From Escherichia coli (GTDB lineage: Bacteria; Pseudomonadota; Gammaproteobacteria; Enterobacterales; Enterobacteriaceae), in assembly GCF_050320075.1 (NCBI RefSeq), contig NZ_CP190018.1: DNA of 64,000 bases. The stretch is one strand, 5' to 3'. The first letter of the stretch is position 1. Each line of letters begins with the position of its first letter. The notes below the pieces were generated by a model. The model searched no databases. It was not told the DNA's origin and worked only from the letters and a program-made list of their open reading frames with translations. Made by a program: the position numbers and the translations under genes. Below are positions 53,876 to 60,352 of this stretch, piece by piece.

Positions 53876-55165
53876 ATGACAACGGACGATCTTGCCTTTG
53901 ACCAACGCCATATCTGGCACCCATACACATCCATGACCTCCCCGCTACCGGTTTATCCAGTGGCGAGCGCCGAGGGTTGCGAGCTAATTTTGTCTGACGG
54001 CAGACGCCTTGTTGACGGTATGTCGTCCTGGTGGGCGGCGATCCACGGTTACAATCACCCGCAGCTTAATGCGGCGATGAAATCGCAAATTGATGCTATG
54101 TCGCATGTGATGTTTGGCGGTATCACCCATGCGCCCGCCATTGAGCTGTGCCGCAAATTGGTGGCAATGACGCCGCAACCGCTGGAGTGCGTTTTTCTCG
54201 CGGACTCCGGCTCCGTAGCGGTAGAAGTGGCGATGAAAATGGCGTTGCAGTACTGGCAGGCCAAAGGCGAAGCGCGCCAGCGTTTTCTGACCTTCCGCAA
54301 TGGTTATCATGGCGATACCTTTGGCGCGATGTCGGTGTGCGATCCGGACAACTCAATGCACAGCCTGTGGAAAGGCTATCTGCCAGAAAACTTGTTTGCT
54401 CCCGCCCCGCAAAGCCGCCTGGATGGTGAATGGGATGAACGCGATATGGTGGGCTTTGCCCGCCTGATGGCGGCGCATCGTCATGAAATCGCCGCAGTGA
54501 TCATTGAACCGATTGTCCAGGGCGCAGGCGGGATGCGCATCTACCATCCGGAATGGTTAAAACGAATCCGCAAAATGTGCGATCGCGAAGGTATCTTGCT
54601 GATTGCCGACGAGATCGCCACCGGATTTGGTCGTACCGGCAAACTGTTTGCCTGTGAACATGCAGAAATCGCGCCGGATATTTTGTGTCTCGGTAAAGCC
54701 TTAACCGGCGGCACAATGACCCTTTCCGCCACGCTCACCACGCGCGAGGTTGCGGAAACCATCAGTAACGGCGAAGCCGGCTGCTTTATGCATGGGCCAA
54801 CTTTTATGGGCAATCCGCTGGCCTGCGCAGCAGCAAACGCCAGCCTGGCGATTCTCGAATCTGGCGACTGGCAGCATCAGGTGGCGGCTATTGAAGGGCA
54901 GCTACGCGAGCAACTTGCCCCCGCCTGTGACGCCGAAATGGTTGCCGATGTGCGCGTACTGGGGGCAATCGGCGTGGTCGAAACCACTCGTCCGGTGAAT
55001 ATGGCAGCGCTGCAAAAATTCTTTGTCGAACAGGGTGTCTGGATCCGGCCTTTTGGCAAACTGATTTACCTGATGCCGCCCTATATTATTCTCCCGCAAC
55101 AGTTGCAGCGTCTGACCGCAGCGGTTAATCGTGCGGTGCAGGATGAAACATTTTTTTGCCAATAA
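53876..55165 (+). CDS. bioA: Adenosylmethionine-8-amino-7-oxononanoate aminotransferase BioA
   Basis: 429 aa from ATG 53876 ([20 protein letters not shown]). Confidence 0.95.
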   Translation: MTTDDLAFDQRHIWHPYTSMTSPLPVYPVASAEGCELILSDGRRLVDGMSSWWAAIHGYNHPQLNAAMKSQIDAMSHVMFGGITHAPAIELCRKLVAMTPQPLECVFLADSGSVAVEVAMKMALQYWQAKGEARQRFLTFRNGYHGDTFGAMSVCDPDNSMHSLWKGYLPENLFAPAPQSRLDGEWDERDMVGFARLMAAHRHEIAAVIIEPIVQGAGGMRIYHPEWLKRIRKMCDREGILLIADEIATGFGRTGKLFACEHAEIAPDILCLGKALTGGTMTLSATLTTREVAETISNGEAGCFMHGPTFMGNPLACAAANASLAILESGDWQHQVAAIEGQLREQLAPACDAEMVADVRVLGAIGVVETTRPVNMAALQKFFVEQGVWIRPFGKLIYLMPPYIILPQQLQRLTAAVNRAVQDETFFCQ

Positions 55166-55223
55166 CGGGAAGTTAGCGTGAGGGTTTCTGGCTACACTTT
55201 CTGCAAACAAGAAAGGAGGGCTC

Positions 55224-55700
55224 ATGAAACTCATCAGTAATGATTTACGCGATGGCGATAAGCTGCCGCATCGTCATGTCTTTAACGGCATGGGTTACGA
55301 TGGCGATAATATTTCACCGCATCTGGCGTGGGATGATGTTCCTGTGGGAACGAAAAGTTTTGTTGTCACCTGCTACGACCCGGATGCGCCAACTGGCTCC
55401 GGCTGGTGGCACTGGGTAGTTGTTAATTTACCCGCGGATACCCGCGTATTACCGCAAGGGTTTGGCTCTGGTCTGGTAGCAATGCCAGACGGCGTTTTGC
55501 AGACGCGTACCGACTTTGGTAAAACCGGATACGATGGCGCAGCGCCGCCGAAAGGCGAAACCCATCGCTACATTTTTACCGTTCACGCGCTGGATGTAGA
55601 ACGTATTGATGTCGATGAAGGTGCCAGCGGCGCGATGGTCGGGTTTAACGTTCATTTTCACTCTCTGGCGAGAGCCTCGATTACTGCGATGTTTAGTTAA
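55224..55700 (+). CDS. ybhB: PEBP-family protein YbhB
   Basis: 158-aa translation; last chromosomal gene before the att site. Confidence 0.85.
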   Translation: MKLISNDLRDGDKLPHRHVFNGMGYDGDNISPHLAWDDVPVGTKSFVVTCYDPDAPTGSGWWHWVVVNLPADTRVLPQGFGSGLVAMPDGVLQTRTDFGKTGYDGAAPPKGETHRYIFTVHALDVERIDVDEGASGAMVGFNVHFHSLARASITAMFS

Positions 55701-55789
55701 TCACTCTGCCAGATGGCGCAATGCCATCTGGTATCACTTAAAGGTATTAAAAACAACTTTTTGTCTTTTTACCTTCCCGTTTCGCTCAA

Positions 55790-55804
55790 GTTAGTATAAA
55801 AAAG
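55790..55804. other. Lambda-type att core (attR junction): ttagtataaaaaagc
   Basis: Reverse complement of the 15-bp lambda core GCTTTTTTATACTAA, flanked on the ybhB side by bacterial-arm sequence cgctcaag. Confidence 0.85.
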
Positions 55805-55947
55805 CTGAACGAGAAACGTAAAATGATATAAATATCAATATATTAAATTAGATTTTGCATAAAAAACAGACTACATAATACTGTAAAACACAACATATGC
55901 AGTCACTATGAATCAACTACTTAGATGGTATTAGTGACCTGTAACAG
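55805..55947. promoter_or_regulatory. Lambda attP P-arm (Int arm-type, IHF, Xis, Fis site region)
   Basis: ~140 bp matching, as far as I can recall it, the reverse complement of the lambda P arm (...cgtaaaatgatataaatatcaatatattaaattagattttgcataaaaaacagactacataatactgtaaaacac...ctgtaacaga). Confidence 0.75.
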
Positions 55948-55950
55948 AGC

Positions 55951-55990
55951 ATTAGCGCAAGGTGATTTTTGTCTTCTTGCGCTAATTTTT
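55951..55990 (+). terminator. sib / tI-like intrinsic terminator distal to att
   Basis: ttagcgcaag ... cttgcgctaa hairpin followed by tttttt on + strand, in the position of lambda sib/tI. Confidence 0.6.
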
Positions 55991-56510
55991 TGTCATCAAA
56001 CCTGTCGCACTCCAGAGAAGCACAAAGCCTCGCAATCCAGTGCAAAGCTTTGTGTGCCACCCACTACGGCCCGCATAACCAGTAAGAAGATAGCAGTGAT
56101 GTCAAACGACGCAGCAGTCTTCTTTTCTTTCACACTTTCCCCCACCCAGCATACATACCTTTCTGCCACAGCTGAAATGAATGTCTATTATGAGCAAGGA
56201 GAGGAAATTCGTAATTGTCATCATCAATGGCGATTTGCTGGTACTATCTGTGTTAAGTAATAGGAAAACAAGTAACTGGAGAAAGATTTGATTTACACAC
56301 TATTATAGCAGTTAATAGTTTAAGCTATTGACACTTTAACTATTTTGCATAAAGTTAAACATAACAACCCCATAAATTGATAATGCAAGAGAGTACTGAA
56401 CTAAGTATTTTAGCTCTACCATATTGCCCAGGCAGTATAATATATGATACATTAAAAAATTAGATTTAATTTACTTAAACATCCTAATCACACTAAGAAT
56501 GAAGAAATAA

Positions 56511-57389
56511 ATGCTGTTTAAATATTGTCCTATTAATGAGTATTCAATTAAATCTCTAGTGGAAAACAAACTATATCTTAATCATCTCAACATGATGAAT
56601 GACAGTGCTGAAGGTTTTTGTAAGATAATAAGTGGTTTCCCAGATTATAATGAAAAAACTGAGAGATATGATTTGATAATAAAAACATGGTGTGGAGAGT
56701 CTGGCTGGCTACCTTCTGAATATGAATATAACGAATATATTGATTCAATGAGAGAACTGGAACCAAATGTCCCGCAATTGCTGGACTCTGCAAGGATATC
56801 ATGCTTTACGAATACGGCGTTAAACCCTACAATGTGGGCTCATTATGCTAACAACAGAACAGGTATATGTATAGAATTCGATCAAGACAAAATAAGAGAA
56901 CTAGAGGATATCTATATCTTTGACGTCAAATATAAAGATCGCCCTCCGACTATTGATACTGCAGTACTAACATTAATAGCTGATCAGGTGAACTATAATC
57001 ATGATGCAATTTATGATGATTATCAAGAAAAGTTCAAACATCTTTATGAACAAGCATTTGACGAGGGAAGAAATTTGCTTTTGGAAATTTACAATGGAAT
57101 ATTGGCAACTAAATCTCAAGAATGGTCTTATGAACAAGAAAAACGGCTAATATATATTTTATCCTTCTCACAAGAAGACAAATTGGCAAAAAAATATAAA
57201 ACTGGCATAAACATATCACTCCCTGAAGGATGCATTAAAAGTGTTATCCTAGGTGAGAAGACAAGTGAGCATGATAAAAAACTTATAGTTTCAGCTATAA
57301 AAAAACATTCTAAACACATTAAGTTGAAGAGAGCTACAATAACACAAGGCGAATATTTATTATCTATTCGTGATGAAGTTTTTAGCTGA
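56511..57389 (+). CDS. DUF2971-like protein of unknown function (prophage cargo)
   Basis: 292 aa; N-terminal MLFKY...L.ENKLYL...NDSAEG and central SCFTNTALNPTMWAHYANNRTGICIEF match what I recall as DUF2971 hallmarks; visibly AT-rich by eye. Confidence 0.6.
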   Translation: MLFKYCPINEYSIKSLVENKLYLNHLNMMNDSAEGFCKIISGFPDYNEKTERYDLIIKTWCGESGWLPSEYEYNEYIDSMRELEPNVPQLLDSARISCFTNTALNPTMWAHYANNRTGICIEFDQDKIRELEDIYIFDVKYKDRPPTIDTAVLTLIADQVNYNHDAIYDDYQEKFKHLYEQAFDEGRNLLLEIYNGILATKSQEWSYEQEKRLIYILSFSQEDKLAKKYKTGINISLPEGCIKSVILGEKTSEHDKKLIVSAIKKHSKHIKLKRATITQGEYLLSIRDEVFS

Positions 57390-57451
57390 TGGTATTATAA
57401 TCGAACAGATATTTTCTCCTAAGCGTTGCATTTATCCCACGGTAACATATT

Positions 57452-57490
57452 CATACTCAAATATCCTGCGACATGGAAGATTTGAGTATG
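57452..57490 (+). terminator. Hairpin (11-bp stem, 17-nt loop) downstream of the DUF2971-like ORF
   Basis: catactcaaat ... atttgagtatg inverted repeat 63 bp after stop; weak T tract follows. Confidence 0.4.
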
Positions 57491-57678
57491 GTTGTTCTTC
57501 ATGAGCGAAAAGCAGATGTTCGCGCTAAGGTATAATCAATTGGTTGTTAAATAGTTTAAACACAAGCAATGACTAATAAAACAATGCCACAAACCTTATT
57601 ATTTCTAAACTAGCATTTAGCTTTCAGACAATTTATTGATTGTTAATACATATTTTTAATATTTAATTATCATTTATT

Positions 57679-57689
57679 CCCCCCCCCCC
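57679..57689. repeat. Homopolymeric C11 tract
   Basis: 11 consecutive C at 57679-57689; a second C6 run at 57776-57781. Confidence 0.9.
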
Positions 57690-57882
57690 TCATGCTTATC
57701 AAATACTTCACAACAACGGAATTTTAATCCACATTTGTTATCTGTCTCTATCAGATTCATCCATACCCCCCTCCATTATTATTTAATTTCCAGATAAAAA
57801 TCTTCATCCTGTTATACATATAAAAAAGTGCAATATTTAAATAATGATAACAAATTATTGATTTTGCTCACATAAATTTTAT

Positions 57883-57911
57883 TGACAAGATGATAAGCTG
57901 ATATCTACACA
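57883..57911 (+). promoter_or_regulatory. Candidate sigma70 promoter for the zinc-ribbon ORF
   Basis: TTGACA at 57883-57888, 17-bp spacer, weak -10 tacaca; SD aagagg 5 nt before ATG 57935. Confidence 0.4.
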
Positions 57912-57934
57912 TTGTATTTTCTCAAGAGGAATTT

Positions 57935-58348
57935 ATGGCTGACATTGTCACTGGTTTGACCGCACTCAAAACCGCCTTTGATTTAGCAAAAGATATAAAA
58001 AATGCCACTGGCGCATACAATGATGCAGAAATGAGGCTTAAGTTTAGTGAGCTTTATAGCGCGCTATCTGAAGCCAAAATAGAACTGGCTGATACACAGC
58101 TAGAAATGTATGAACTAAAGCTGAAGATCGAAGAGTTGCAAGCTAAGCTTGATGCATCGGACGAGCTTGAATATAGGGAAAACGTATACTGGAGGGCCTC
58201 ACCTATCAATGGCAAACCAAACGGTCCTTTTTGCCCAAGATGTTATGAAAGTTCAGAGAAGAAGCTATCTTCAATGAGTCAAGTAACGGGGCATGCAACT
58301 ATTGCTGGAAAATACAAATGTAATACTTGTAACGCCTACGTTAGATAA
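57935..58348 (+). CDS. Small coiled-coil protein with C-terminal CxxC...CxxC zinc ribbon (prophage cargo)
   Basis: 137 aa; heptad-like LKFSELYSALSEAKIELADTQLEMYELKLKIEELQAKL; CPRCY ... CNTCNAY; good SD. Confidence 0.6.
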   Translation: MADIVTGLTALKTAFDLAKDIKNATGAYNDAEMRLKFSELYSALSEAKIELADTQLEMYELKLKIEELQAKLDASDELEYRENVYWRASPINGKPNGPFCPRCYESSEKKLSSMSQVTGHATIAGKYKCNTCNAYVR

Positions 58349-58684
58349 AAAGCCGTTATGGGGCTGGGACGGAGGCTCAAATCCTCTCGTGCAAAAATTC
58401 AGCTAAAACTTTTGTTCAGGAGACTCTGAAAGATACCAAGAAGTCTGCTGACGAGTGGTTTATTTACTAATTAGCACGTAAAATCTATTATGGCTGGAAA
58501 TCATTCAATACTCGTACTATCGAAAGTTCGCCAGCCGACAGCAAAACGCTATTGCATGGCAGGGATTGCAGGCCTCTCGATATTCGGTGCTAAGGATGTA
58601 TCAACACGGTTCAGCAGAACCCGATGCGTCTTCAAAACCGCAGCAACGATATCTCTTCCTCCGTTCCATTTACAGCCACCTTTT

Positions 58685-58993
58685 TCACCCTCGATTAACC
58701 AACAACCAGACCAGAAGACACGCTACCACCGGCACAGCAAAATCCATCAGGCTTGCCATATCCCACGCGCGTGGGTCAAAACCGCCCCACCACGGCATAT
58801 TCATTCGCTTGCCATGCCCGAACATTTCGATCCAGCGATATTCTGCCTGGGTGTGTTCACGCGCAATGAAGAACGTACAACCGGCTATCGCCCCGTAAGC
58901 CCAGTTCCCGGTAAAAAGACCAATCAGTAGCTGCGCAGCCACAGCACAAAGCGCATGAAGGAAAGGTGTTATATCCATTTTCATCCCACCCAA
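58685..58993 (-). CDS. Small predicted membrane protein (prophage, unknown function)
   Basis: 102 aa with two hydrophobic segments; several alternative Met starts; lies just downstream of the tail-fibre genes. Confidence 0.5.
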   Translation of the reverse strand: MGGMKMDITPFLHALCAVAAQLLIGLFTGNWAYGAIAGCTFFIAREHTQAEYRWIEMFGHGKRMNMPWWGGFDPRAWDMASLMDFAVPVVACLLVWLLVNRG

Positions 58994-59020
58994 TAAAACG
59001 GGGCGCTCGGCCCCTTAATA

Positions 59021-60061
59021 TTATTTAGACGCAAGCGCCGCATCAATTGCAGATAATCTTTGTCTTAATTCTGCGTTTTCTTCTTCCAGTGCTGTTATTC
59101 TGTCGTCTGACTCTCTGGCTACCTGAACAAGCAAGCCAGTAACACCAGAATAATCTACTGTGTAATAACGTTCACCTTCTTCACCTTCCGATCCGCTCGC
59201 ACCGTCCTGATATTTCATTACGGAACCTACAACTTCTGGGATTGCTTCCAGAGCTTCCTGTGCAATGACACCAGCATAGGGCATACCGTTTTCTTTAAGC
59301 GTGTATGTATAGCCGTTCATTTTACGGATGCGGTCGGTTGCATTATCGATCACCTGAATGTTGTCTTTCAGATCCCGGTCGGAATGCTGGTTAAATGCGG
59401 TGGCATGACATGCACCATTAACGCTTAACATATAGGTGTTATCGGTATTTTTCTGCGCATAGAACATATAAGCGCCACCATCAACACCGACTTCATAAAC
59501 AACAGGACGGCTGGAGTTGCCCCACAATTGAGCAGTAACACCAGCATAAGCGGTTCCCTGTGTGTTTAATGTCATGGTTGACCCATGATTGGCATATTTG
59601 ATCTGTAATGTGTCGGTGTAATCAAATTTAATAAGCGCGTTACTTCCACGCTTGCTGTATGACATAAGGCAGTTACCCATTTTGAGGTATCCGCTGTCAC
59701 CGGGAAAAATCATCGTACCGCCATAAAGGTTGGTAAAGTCCCAGCAAATGTTTGTCCCGTTATCGTTCAGGTTAAGGCGCGCCATTGCGTTACCTGGACT
59801 GTCTATCCATTTTTTGAGGTATAGTTCGCAATATGCATCCTCAACACCTGCCGTCCTGTGAGTTGAGCGGAGTTTTCTCCCAAATATAGCTCCGCTAGTT
59901 GGCAATACCTGCTGATACCATGAAGCAGACCAGTCACCAACGGTTTCATCTTTGCTGTCTACATATGATTTTGTTGCGTAGCTTCCTTGATCGTTTTTTA
60001 ATTTGCTAACGTCGGATTTTAGCGTTTTGATGTCATCAGGAATTACTGTCGATGTAGCCAT
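59021..60061 (-). CDS. Tail fibre / spike-like protein with C-terminal intramolecular chaperone (peptidase S74-like) domain
   Basis: 346 aa; C-terminal SDRDLKDNIQVIDNATDRIRKMNGYTYTLKENGMPYAGVIAQEALEAIPEVV plus terminal coiled coil (ITALEEENAELRQRLSAIDAAL). Confidence 0.65.
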   Translation of the reverse strand: MATSTVIPDDIKTLKSDVSKLKNDQGSYATKSYVDSKDETVGDWSASWYQQVLPTSGAIFGRKLRSTHRTAGVEDAYCELYLKKWIDSPGNAMARLNLNDNGTNICWDFTNLYGGTMIFPGDSGYLKMGNCLMSYSKRGSNALIKFDYTDTLQIKYANHGSTMTLNTQGTAYAGVTAQLWGNSSRPVVYEVGVDGGAYMFYAQKNTDNTYMLSVNGACHATAFNQHSDRDLKDNIQVIDNATDRIRKMNGYTYTLKENGMPYAGVIAQEALEAIPEVVGSVMKYQDGASGSEGEEGERYYTVDYSGVTGLLVQVARESDDRITALEEENAELRQRLSAIDAALASK

Positions 60062-60070
60062 TTTTCTTCC

Positions 60071-60352
60071 TCACATCCAGCCACGAAGTTGATGCTCAAC
60101 AGCAACCACGTATTCATCGAATATTGACGGTGTTTTCACATCATTAATGATGCGCACGTTTACAAAATATCCGTCTTCCTTAACACATACCGGTTCGCCA
60201 TCTTCATTCAGTTCTCCGGTTTCTTTGTACACGTTACCTATCACGTCAATAAGAATATCATCCTGCATCGACTCATCATCATAATAGCCAGTGCTATCCA
60301 TAAAGGCCGAAAAATCGGCCCTGTCGGCAAATTTAAGTGTTAAATCTTTCAT
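60071..60352 (-). CDS. Small acidic protein translationally coupled to stf (possible fibre assembly/accessory protein)
   Basis: 93 aa; ATG overlaps stf stop (ATGA); no family recognised. Confidence 0.5.
   Translation of the reverse strand: MKDLTLKFADRADFSAFMDSTGYYDDESMQDDILIDVIGNVYKETGELNEDGEPVCVKEDGYFVNVRIINDVKTPSIFDEYVVAVEHQLRGWM

Noticed and set aside
55925-56260. 111-aa + strand ORF overlapping the attP P-arm and sib terminator
   Set aside because: It runs through sequence that is conserved non-coding in lambda (arm-type sites and terminator hairpin), has no SD, and its start lies inside the P arm. Most likely a chance ORF.
58490-58930. 146-aa and 110-aa + strand ORFs overlapping the small membrane ORF on the opposite strand
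   Set aside because: Pro/Arg-rich low-complexity translation, no SD, antisense to a better-supported ORF; treated as spurious.
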